A stretch of DNA of 58,157 nt, the filler included, from Hydrolagus affinis (lineage: Eukaryota), in NCBI GenBank assembly GCA_012026655.1. It is 3 parts of 3 records of this genome, joined end to end, with 100 filler letters (N's around TTAATTAATTAA, not from the genome) between each part and the next. Parts side by side here need not be neighbours in the genome. Positions count along the whole stretch, not along the records: positions 1 to 27,950 come from JAAILG010008597.1; 2 more parts are not named here. One strand, 5' to 3'. Under the pieces are notes generated by a model that saw only the letters and a program-made list of their open reading frames with translations, was not told the DNA's origin and did no database searches. Made by a program: the position numbers and the translations under genes. Below, piece by piece: positions 11,597 to 22,912 of this stretch; positions within the stretch are counted from its first letter, which is position 1, and each line of letters starts with the position of its first letter.

Positions 11597-14500
11597 TTAT
11601 GCGGTTTCTGCCTCCATGGCAGCTTTGTAGTTTCCGATATTTACCTCCGCATACTCTGAATTCTTGTCGTGGCGTTTAGCTTTTCCTGTTTTTTTGGAGC
11701 GAGGTAAATCCAGATCAGCGTAGGTCAGCTTGTCAGCTGCTGCTCCTTGCTTGGTCTGAAAACAACAATGTTTGGGATTGTCTTTTTGTTACTTACATAG
11801 ACAGGTGTACATAGAATGGAACTGGAAACTGACCAGCCTGTGTTTATACTTCACATGAGCTCCTTCCTTAACTATTTCATTCTGTAACTCTCTAATCGCT
11901 TCTCCTCATGTATGCAACAATTTTATGTTACATTATTTCAAACCCTTTATCCAACGGCCAATTGATTAATACATTTCAAACTGCGATATCTAGCTGCAGA
12001 TACATGGGCTGTAGATCCCAACGATGAGCTGACAGTGGCTTCCATGGGTTGGTGAAAATCAATGAATGCTGAAGTTCCTGATTGCTCTAAGGGAAATTGA
12101 CATTTGAAGATGTCTGAATGAGTTGTGATCCTCGTTAAATTATTTGCTGAATTGTTGATTCATATACAAAGATACGATCTTAGAATTTTACAGGCCAGAG
12201 GGCCAGTTTGCCCATTGTACACGGACTGTCAATTTGAAAGAATAATAAATATCGAGTCCCATTTACCTGCTTTTACCCAATGCTCCTTAAAGTTGATCCA
12301 TTTTACATATCCCCATGATTTTTACATAAATAAATTATATTGGTTAAATGCTTGAAGCCTGCAAAGTTTCCACAACTGAATTCAACATCAACGTGGTAGT
12401 ATGTTCGGGAGTGAAAGAGGAGGCTGGGAACAAAATCGGAGACAAACTATCACAGTCAATGAATCCGATTGAACAAACTCGTTCAATATTTTCTACGTGT
12501 TCTTTACCTGGGCGTATACTGTCCTCTCTTCTTGATGTTTAGGTCTTGGAGTTTTATTGGAACTTCTCAAATTCAATGTTACATAAGCCACGTTGTCACC
12601 CGCTGCTCTCTCCCCCATCTATAAACAAAGTATAGAGTAAAATGATTGTTCAGTTTACTTCCTAGGTTTGTGCTCTTTAAACATGGTATTGAATAAGTAG
12701 GGATTTGAGGCGAAACAATGGCTACTGTCAAATTCAAACATATAAAAGTTAAATACATATAATGTTCATTGAGTAGATCGATTGCTCTCTGGAGGTAGTG
12801 AAATTTAGGTTTCCAATTGAGGTTTTGCTTACCCGATCTTCAAGATTGCCCAATGGAGTCACGTTTTCTTTTGATCCTAAATATGAATACAATTTAGTTA
12901 ATGAACTATTTACTAAATTTCAACGTTAACACTAAAATAATGTAATTGTTCTATATTTTGGGATGGAATGTACAATCTCCATGTCACTCAGACATTTTGA
13001 AATTCTTAACATTGTGAATTCTTTCCCTTCAAAATTTTAACTCTAAATCTGGGCTACCCCTAAACACTATTCCTTGAATTTTTTCATTTTTCTCATGAGA
13101 AACCTGGTTGTTTCCTGCAATCTGGGCCTTGGTCTTTTGGCTACGACTAATAAAAACACGTTTTGGATATCACAATTTGAATGTAATTGAATTCTACTAC
13201 TTCTAAACACACACTTGGTGGTTGTCCCTGCATGTGTTTGACGCCATTCATCACTACAGCTACTTACAAATGCATATAATTTATTGTAGCTTAAGACGGT
13301 TGCAATGTATTAAGTCAGATTTAAGACATTGTGAGTTCAAAAATGAGAAATTCTGTGATACTAAAGTCCACCACCTGAAATTGTTACAGTAATAAATCTG
13401 TTGCAATAATTACACATAATTGTTATTGCATAACCACAGCATCACGGAACTCCACCTTCAAATGTTAAGTAACGAGCAACTTGCATTTTCTCTTTATTAA
13501 CCATTGGTGCATTCTTAGGTTTTATATCAACGTGTAATTTTCACAATTAATTACAATGAAATCGGAATTTTCTTACCGTTTTTCATTTTCATTTGGCATC
13601 GCTTCCCAATTATGATCAAAAGCACCAGAAATGCTAACACACCCGCAGCACATCCACCCCATAGTGAATAACGGGTTTTATTTCCACTCCCTGGAGAAAT
13701 AGTATACACTAAGGTGAGACTGTACATTGTGTAGGAGAAAGATCTGAAAAGTTATGCAGATCATTTATGAATTATATATTGTAATGATTTCATGTAAATT
13801 TTAAGACAGTAACCAGATTAACTATTATGACTAATCTTAATCTGTGTAATTATTAAGCAAGAATTAAGATTACTAGTAGACCTTCACTGAAAACAGTTTG
13901 ATATTTATGTAGCATAACACAGGTACAACTAATAACATCAACATTCACTTATTTTTATTATTTCTCTTGATATTATGACATAGGCGAGAGCGATACATAG
14001 AATACCAAAGCGGAACATTGTTTATCAGAGGAACCCTCACAAATACAATGCAGAAATTGTACAGTGAGATATCTGTACATAGTGGCATCTTATTGCAGTG
14101 ATGAAAGTTGCACACTTGGTATTAATATTTGATGAAGAAGTGTCTTGAACTGTCCCGAGATTTTGAAAATGATGTGGGTTTTGGGTGCCACCATTTATCG
14201 GTTAGTTTTAAGAAAATGCTTGAAGATTCAAATGGTATAATGTGGTTTAATCACCATCATGCACAACTCCCTTCTCACCATCTCAACACATTTGCCTCCT
14301 ATGCACCATGGCATTGCTTCAGGTCTCATGGGAGAGCAAGTAACATTCCATCCCTCAAGTCACAGAGCCGAACATTGGCTGTCCCTCAGGGCTCTAACCT
14401 CTACCTCTCCTCTTCACTATCTATATGTTCCCACTTGGCAACATCATCCATAGACACTTAATGCGCATCCACATGTATAAAGATGTATAGAAATGAAACC

Positions 14501-17016
14501 CAACTCTCCCATCTTCCTCCACAAACTGAATCCAACTTCATCCCGATAAGTGTGAAGCTTCAGGTCCTTCATGAGCTCCGACTTTCTTCACCTGAATAAT
14601 AATAATCTTTGCATTTTTCTATCGAATTCAATGATTAATGGTATTATTATCTCATGATTTTCATCTTAATCGCTTCAGATGAATCACTCAAATGTAGTTT
14701 TGTTGTTGGTGTTGTTTACGAATCAATGCAACTAAACATCCCTATGAGATTTGAATTAACAATAGTTGACTTTTTAAAATTCGCTTAGAATCTTACCTGT
14801 GTTAGATTGTGGGATGGTGTAGCTGGCAATAGCTGAATTCTGGAGGCTGATGTGAGACACCAGACAGGTATAAACAGATGCTATCTGGACGGATTGTTTG
14901 TCTTCAATAGAGCTAGAGACCTTATAGAGTTCCCATGAGTTCTGCTCTTCTATGGTTATTGTCTCTTCCATCTTTATTCCTGATGTTGGTGTAATTTGTT
15001 TTTCATCTTTATACCATGTGAGGGTGAAATCCTTTGGGTAAAATGCGGTAGTTTCACACACAAGAATCCGATGCTTAGTTGAACTTCTAGATAAAACTCT
15101 CAGTGGAGTTGGAGGAACTGTAGAATATATAATGGGGGGAAATCGTATTAAATTTCATCAATGAGTGGAACAGACTTTTTTTGGATTAATTCCTTTGCAA
15201 GATCATGATTCCTGAGTGCAAATGGAGGTTCTCTAGATACACAAATATCCCTCTCACAGCAGGAGAAGCCTTTCTCTTGCTTCAACTACTTTGTGGTTTA
15301 ACAATTAATGTTGATTCATAATCTTTGTCTTACATAGTGGAACTTCTTTAGCTCAGTGGTTAGAGCACTCGCCTTACAAGCATGAGACCTGTGTTCGAAT
15401 CCAGGCAGATCAGGGCAAAACCTTGGGCATGTTTCCTTACTCCACATGCCTAATAATAATCCCTAAAAAAAAACACCCAATAATAAAATTGGTCATTTTA
15501 ATCCACGACTGTTTGTGGGACACTGCTATGTACAATTGGCTGCCGCGTTTCGCCCACAAATATACAGTCAATTCACTTTACAGTATATTCTGTGAAGCGA
15601 TTTGAGACGTCTAGAAGATGTGAAAAGCGCTAAATCAAATGCAAGGATTATTATTATTATTATTACCAAGTGTAAGAATTAGCAGTTGGAATTCATTTCT
15701 GCAAACTCTCGGAACAGAGAAGATATAGAATTCTTGACAGGTGTGTGCATACTGTGTTCTTCTGGCTCAATTGGCAGCATTCTTGCTTCTGAGTTAGAAG
15801 GATACATGTTCAAACTCCGCGTTGGGACATATAATTCACATAGACTATGTTCAAACACCCAATGCAATGCTGTTCTTAGGTTGATAAATTAAACCTGGTT
15901 TAGTTCTGCCAGTTTTGTTGAACGTTAAAGATCTCATGTGAATAAATTGGCAGCTGTGTTCGCTTAGAAAGTACTCAGTCTCATGACTTCACAACATATC
16001 ATGTGCAATGCTTTGGGAGATGCTGTATCAAATGAATGGATTGTATTTTTTTTAGTTTTGAGAGGATTTGATCAGGTAAAGAGTGAAACACTGAATTTCT
16101 AACATGAGTCCGTAAGTTAAAATCTTTACCATAAAATGTTGGAGGTTGTATTCTGGTTTTACTGAAATTAGATTAAATAGTTTCTGAAGTAGAAGCTGTA
16201 ACACCCTCTCAAAGGAATTTTAAAGTCACGGTTGATTTGTATTCTACATGGATCAATTCTATAACTTTTGTAAAATTAGAAATATTTCATTAATTTGTCA
16301 TGAGTTGTATTATTTCATGTTTCATTTGTGCAGATTTTGAAATTAAAATGTTATTTCCACTTAATTTACTCTAATACCTTTATGTGAAATTTATTAATAA
16401 ACAATGTAAATCACTATATAGAATTCACCGTATTATTACTTTCAATGTAATTATCAAATATTTTCGCCCTTCATCCACACTCACCCTGCACAGTTAAGCG
16501 TGATCCAGGTCCTGTTCCAATTATTGATCCCTGAACCATCACTGAGCAGCGATAGACTCCAGAGTCCTGTAAACTCACATTCAGCTTGAGGAAGCCGCTT
16601 CCTTTGCCTTTCACAGCAAATGTTTTCCTGCTGTCCGCATGTGTATCCAAGTAGCCATCCACACCCTCTTTCTCCCACTGGAACTGCAGTACTGAATCGC
16701 CTTGATAGAAGGGTAACACACAGATGAAAGAGACATTTGTCCCTCTGACTGCAGCCACACGTTCGGGGATTTGAATCATTTTGACAAATGAAGCACCAGG
16801 AACTGTCAGAAGTTAAAGTCAAACACAGATATATCAGGTGATGTGCCGTGAAGAAAACCAAATGTGTAAAAGGGAAAAAAAACGCAGGTTTATATGATAA
16901 AGGCACATGGACACAAGCTTGCACATGTGTCATAGAATAAATAAGTTATTGCATAAACATATACCTGTTGAAATAAAATATAAGGCACATAGATAGAGAA
17001 AGACAACACTCCCCAT
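11597..17016 (-). CDS. Receptor gene 2: complete 372-aa V-C1-TM receptor with ITIM-bearing tail (inhibitory, SIRPalpha/NKp30-like)
   Basis: Seven GT-AG exons with consistent phases, total 1119 nt: 16965-17016 leader (MGSVVFLYLCALYFIST), 16485-16802 V (..YRCSVMVQGSIIGTGPGSRLTVQ), 14797-15117 C1, 13577-13690 TM (LWGGCAAGVLAFLVLLIIIGKRC), 12833-12876 (phase 1 to 0), 12508-12618 (..VAYVTL..TVYAQ), 11597-11755 (..LTYADL..SEYAEV..TA*). Confidence 0.88.
15343..15665 (+). mobile_element. tRNA(Ala-like)-derived SINE with L2-type tail, full length
   Basis: TAGCTCAGTGGTTAGAGC (A box), GTTCGAATCC (B box), conserved body and tail GTGAAAAGCGCT..ATGCAAGG(ATT)n. Many other copies are present in the window. 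Confidence 0.85.
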
Positions 17017-17080
17017 GTCTGACTCTGGCTCTGATCAGATGTAATACATAAACGTGGAGTGTTTGATATAGAGTAGGTAG

Positions 17081-17135
17081 CTGTGACACTGACTTCCTGT
17101 TTGTTTGGGTTGGTGAAACCTGGCTGGTGTGGTTG
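17081..17135 (-). promoter_or_regulatory. ETS + RUNX-like promoter motifs of gene 2
   Basis: CTGTGACACTGACTTCCTGT at 17081-17100 and TGTGGTT near 17128; conserved with gene 3. Confidence 0.5.
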
Positions 17136-17879
17136 TTGCAACACGCTTGCAGTAAAATTATGAAAATAATAATTATTCATAGTAATAGAGAAACGTCAAT
17201 CAAATATATAAACATAAAACTAGAGTTCAGCTTCATTATTGAGTCAGTGGTGCTTTCTCAAACTGGAAATATTGTTTCATGCGTCAATTCCGCTTGGAGT
17301 CAATAGTGTCAGAACAACAACAACAACTTTGATTTATATAGCGCCCTCCACGCTGGACAGCGTCTCAGAGCGCTTTACAAGGCAATCTGGTGGAATATTT
17401 CTGATGATAGTTCTCTCTGTCCCCTATTGATAGAAATTAACCTTTCCCTCTAAAGCACACACCGTCCCTCTAAACTACCAAATGATCATCCCATTTTAAC
17501 CTTACCCTTCTTATGCAAAATGCTGGCCACTCAACTTTGCTCACATCTTTTTCCCCACCGAGTCTTAGAGTTCCAGTTTCTACCCAAACACGAGACAGCA
17601 CAGTCAAAGTAACAATATTCTCAGTCTTTCTTTCAAAGTCCAATCATAATCTTTGTGTGTTCCCTCATATCCAAAGCCCTGGTCACTCAACTTTATTCCC
17701 ACTTTTTATTCCACTCGGTGCCAGAACCAGTAACATTAATTTTCTGCCCACACCATAGAAAGCCTAATCACATTACCCAATGATGTACTGCCTCTCTCTG
17801 TCTCTCTCTCTCTCTGTCTTTCTCTCTGCAACCACAATGCCTCTGCCGTCTTGTTCTCCTAGATGTTGTGCTACTTTCA

Positions 17880-18520
17880 AAATTGTCCACTGTCACTTCT
17901 TGACGACTTCTCTGCCCTCATCCCTCTCCTTGGCACTGCATGACCACATGCAGAGTATCCAAGAACTGTAGTCTGTGCCTTTTCCTCACTGCGTGCTCTC
18001 TCCCTTGATGATACTTACTATCCATAGACAAGTGATTAACTTTCACACTGATGTCAGTGAAAGCGTAATCTACTTTTCAACTTCCACTGTTGATTCCAGG
18101 TATATTGGTGCTCTATCCATTCGTGGCGTCCCGAACTTTTATCTCCATAGCTTGCAAAATAACCCATATGGCTTTGTCGTTTCTAATGCTAGGCTCCATG
18201 AACATATGTTCTCTAAACTCATCCAACTCCACTGGCTTCCCATCACACAGAGGTTACTAATTCAGGTACTCACCTGCAAAGTCCTCCATGGCCTTGCACC
18301 TACATACCTCTGTGATACCCTATCCCCCTATGAACCTGGCAATCCCTCCAGCCTATTTCATGTCCAGCATCTCACCCACACTATCATTGGTGGGTAGCTC
18401 TTCAGCCACTCTACCACCACACTGTGAAACTCCATCCCACTGTCCCTCCATCTCAACTCCACTTTTGCTTCTATCAAGACCAATCCCAAGACCTCATCTG
18501 TGCCTGTCTTATTGATCACT
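17880..18520 (+). mobile_element. Degraded L2 fragment
   Basis: LIQLHWLPITQR..VLTCKVLHGLAPTYLCD in ORF 17975-18397. Confidence 0.7.
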
Positions 18521-20009
18521 CTCCAAAGAATTATCGATTCCTTTCATGACTGTTTTTCATTTCTGTGTATAATTGGGATGCTTCTTTTTCATATAAGTAC
18601 AATGCAATGACAAACACAATGTATAGCACTGTACAAATAAAACATTTCTTCACAGATTCCTGGGAATTGCTTAGAATTAATCTGCCAACATGAAAAGAAC
18701 TGTACCAAATGCAAGGACTATGATTATTTTCCAACTAGGATACATACCATTTGTTTATCCTCAGATTGTGTGCATTGAAGTAATGCTGTTTAATTAACTG
18801 ATAACAAATATATTTTTGTATTTGTAATTGCTCAGTGATCATGATGGAATTCGTGGAAACATTTCTCTGAAGGTACTTCTCCAACTTATTACAATCGGTT
18901 ATAAGTTATGGCATTGAGTGGTACTGCAGAATACACTGTACTGTACTTATAACTTGGAAAGCTGTAAACTACACTTTTGTTTCAATTGTTTAAGTGTTGC
19001 AGCTTAGTTTTGCTGAGATCAAAAATTGTGTGTGTACCCAATACCTCTGCTGCACGATTTGTGGCCATACCTTCAAGCTGCTGCTGAGCCTCTGAGTCCT
19101 GTTGCCTAAATGTCTGTACCACAAAATCGTTTTTTTTAATGTCTTCAAATGATAGGTGTATATTTTCCACTTTGGCTGTCAATTCATCTTTCTCTCTGAC
19201 TGTGTTTCAAACTCACACTGGTTACTTAATGGCCACATACTGGTTTAATGTAGAATCTTTGGAGATGCCATCCTTCATATGAGAAGCTAAATGAAAGGTC
19301 ACCTTGTCAATTCAAGTAGAAAGTGAGGAACCCACGGTACTATTCAACAACAAAAGGGAGTTTCTCCCAGTTTACTTACAGTCAGTCCCCCAATTTGGTC
19401 ATTTGCTTTATGGCTAACTTGGGAATATTGCTGTGCACTAAAAACATAGTCAATAAACTTAAGAGTATATTCTGTGAAGTATATTGAGATAGCCTCCCAA
19501 ATATGAAAGAAGTTTGCATTCACATTGATTATACTGTCAGCACTGAGGTGAGAAGGTGAGATTTACTTAATGGAAGAGCCTCTGATTTTTAAACATGTGA
19601 AGGTTGCACTCATCAGGACTTGATATACAAATAGGAAACAAGGATTTGTGAACAAGGTTTGAGGCGGAGACTGAAAAGTGGATATTATTTGCATACATGT
19701 GGAATTTAACCTTGTCTCTCCAATGAATTCACTCAGCATAAGCAGGTTAATATTGTGAAGGAAAAGACCAAGGATAGAACTCCAATGACATGATTTTACA
19801 GACCCAATTACATTTGCAATTGATGAACCTGTGGGATGGACCAAGAGGAAACACAAACACATGGATTGCACAGAACTTGCCAAGGGGGAAGTTAAACGGA
19901 ATCTAGTCATGTTATTTGACAAATCACACAGCTGTAAAAACATTGCTAGGAGCAATAAACAAGACCAGCAGGGTGTTGTCCTATTTGCTGCAATACATAA
20001 GTACATTCA

Positions 20010-20375
20010 GAGTCTCTAGCTCTGTAGTTAGAGCATTTGCATTACAATCAAGAGTCCTGAGTTCAATTTCAGACAGGACAAAACGTTGAGCAAATTTCCT
20101 TACTCCACATGCCTAATAACAGTTCCTCAAAAACTAATAAATCGGTCATTTTAATCCTTGACTGTTTGTAGGACGTTGTTGTGCGCAATTGGCTGTTGCC
20201 ATTCGCCCAATATATACAACAACAACAACAACAAAATTGCATTTCTAGAGTGCCTTTCACGACGGGTGGACATCGATCAGTTCACTTTGCAGTGCAATTT
20301 ATGAAGCACTTTGAGACATCTGGAACATTTAGTGAAAAGCACTACATCAAATGCAAGTATTATTATTATTATTTT
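20010..20375 (+). mobile_element. Same SINE family
   Basis: Head, body and (ATT)n tail. Confidence 0.8.
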
Positions 20376-22912
20376 CATTATTACATTGCTCTGGTGAGAC
20401 AACATCTTGTGTAATTTATAGCAATATAGCCACTGTGACATAACGGGGCTTCCCTGTTCCAATGGGCAATGCAGAGGAAAACAGTGAGGATGAGTCACTG
20501 CGTTAGAGGAATATGCTTTGAGAGGTGTTTAATTGTTTATGGGATTGACAATCTAACCCCAGATCAACAGTTTAGATTAGAACAAAACAGCAGAATAAGA
20601 GGACATAGGTTTTGAGTTGCAAGGGCAATATCAGGATCGATACCCGGTTTTTCTTTACAGCAAGTAAAATAAAAATACCTGGGATAGGTTGGGAGGAAGA
20701 TAAGTTGAGGCCACCTCATGTAATGCACAGATTGAGGCTGTGATGGGCAGTTGGTGGGGTGGATGTTCAGAAAGGATGAGGGTCAGACAGGCAAAAGGGC
20801 GTTCCAGAATGAATACAAAATTAAGATGTATTTTATTTTTATGTTTTGCGTTAAACAGACACAAAATACACGCAGCTACAACACCACCTCGTGGAGTATC
20901 AGTGCCAACATGAAATATTGCGCCTAGTTTTTACACCTATTTTGCTACAATACATTACAATACATTGATGAAAACGTTAATAACCCGTGCTCTACACAGC
21001 CGGAGACTCTTGTGATAGATTTATCCTTTGATATTTACCCATAAGCAGAACGATTGGGGTTTTAACTCTTATTTTGTTTCATGTCGGGTATAATATCTGT
21101 AGATACACAAAATGCTCAATGGCCACGTTTCAACCGTTTCACTGCATGTGACGAATTCCACCACATTTTACTGCCTCCCCGCCCCTCCCCCTCTCTCTGT
21201 TGATATTTAAAATCCTCTCCTCCCAATATACCCCAGTTCTGACTAAAGGTCGTGGACAAGGTCAGCAGCAGAAATGAAGCAAATGTATATTTTGGAGGGT
21301 TAGATGTTATGTTCTAGACGTTCTGTACAAAGGTCCCCCTCCCATTAATGAATCTGATCAGTTTTGACCCCGATATCAAGCTGACCTCCAACAATACCTC
21401 ACAAGTGTTTCACCCCATTAAACATTTCTGTGCCATCTGACTTCCTGCCTCAGAGGGTTCAGCGAATTGACTTCGTTTTGAGAGTGTAATTCGTAAGTAC
21501 ATATACCGGTAGTCATTATAGCTGACGTCAAACGTCAGACTCAGACACACTACATTGGGATACAGTGGGCAGTGTGGGGCTGCAGGGCTGGTGGAAGGCA
21601 AACCGTGTCTTCTTTTACTTAACACATTCTTATATTCTTAAGTTGGATGTGTTTAATATATTTGCACATGTTCTCGCTATTGCTTTTCCCAAGAGCATTG
21701 ACCGATCATTATTGACAAAAGTATCCCACAGACCTCGATTGAACATTTTATTTATTGCAATTCGAAATGATGAATCGAAGCTGTTATGTTCAAATGTAAT
21801 GCACGATACAATCAACTTCATTTGAGATTTTACCGTATGGTATTACAGATATCACACAACAATAGAAATTATTTATAAAACACTAGAGCGGTGGGGGTGG
21901 ATAATGTAATATGTTTAATTGTAGGTTTCTTGGGGCAAAACTGACCAAACTGGTGTGTAATGTTTTGACCTGGGTCTGGGAAGAAAGTCTGGGAAACCAC
22001 CAACAGCAAAATTACGTTGGTTTTGTGCCTTTCATGTAGGAACCATGTCCCAAGATAACGGGATGTATAACTGCTGATATATAGCGAGTGAAACCAAAAC
22101 AAGTTGGGTGATATTTCAGTTATATTGCGACTCCTGTGTGGTGTAAGTCAAATGCATGAAATCCATTTGATACAGTCCTGTAGACTGGTTCATAATTTAT
22201 AATCTTCCTTTTGTTCCAGTCATTGCTTTTCCTCCAGCATAATTCAATCTCCTGGGATCATTTCTTCCTCACTTCACCTGTAACCAAACAAGCGGTGCCA
22301 GTGTGAATATCACCAATCCTTTGATTCTATGGTTAAGTGTCCTGATTGCTGCTTTCCACCCAAAACAACATTGAAGTTTCTATCTGAAATGTTCACAACG
22401 AGACTGGAAACGGAATATATTTTAGTTTAATTGCAAACAGCGACTAAAGATACTCAGACAACATTGATATCCCGCCGATCACTTGGAGATGGAAGCCGAG
22501 CCATCACATATTGACTGTCTGATTTGATTTGTCTCTAACATGGTATTAATGTATTCTAACACAAAATATTTTCAACTTATCTTGAAGAATGTCCTGTCTC
22601 ATGTAAGTAGAGCGTGTGGATGACGACACAAACATTAATATACAATATGAAAACAAAATAACAGATACGGAAGTTATTACACAGACATATTGTTCAATGT
22701 TGTTCCAGACGCCTGGAGGTTTGGAGGAGATATCTTTATATCCACTGATTATTAGAGAATCCTCCAATAAACAAATCATCATGTCCACAATCTAAACAGT
22801 CTGGTCCCGGTTACCGGTGGTTTCCTGTTCATTGATAATTTTATGGGCTACGATATCAATACAATAATTGTCAATGAAACCACAATATTATTTTGAAACA
22901 CATAATGCCTCC

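Noticed and set aside
13100-13150. Candidate small cytoplasmic exon of gene 2
   Set aside because: It would be phase 1 to 2, incompatible with the flanking exons; 12833-12876 fits with a consensus gtaagc donor.
14569-14591. Possible exon after the gene 2 C1 exon (attattcag acceptor) giving a stop after 7 codons; also short read-through tails GKILSEF* and GKILNKF* after C1 in genes 2 and 3 (soluble isoforms)
   Set aside because: The acceptor lies in repeat-like AT-rich sequence; read-through stops are expected by chance and shared only through recent duplication; no transcript evidence.
18700-20000. Short ORFs possibly from Penelope or RTE elements
   Set aside because: No catalytic motif recognisable with confidence; left unannotated.
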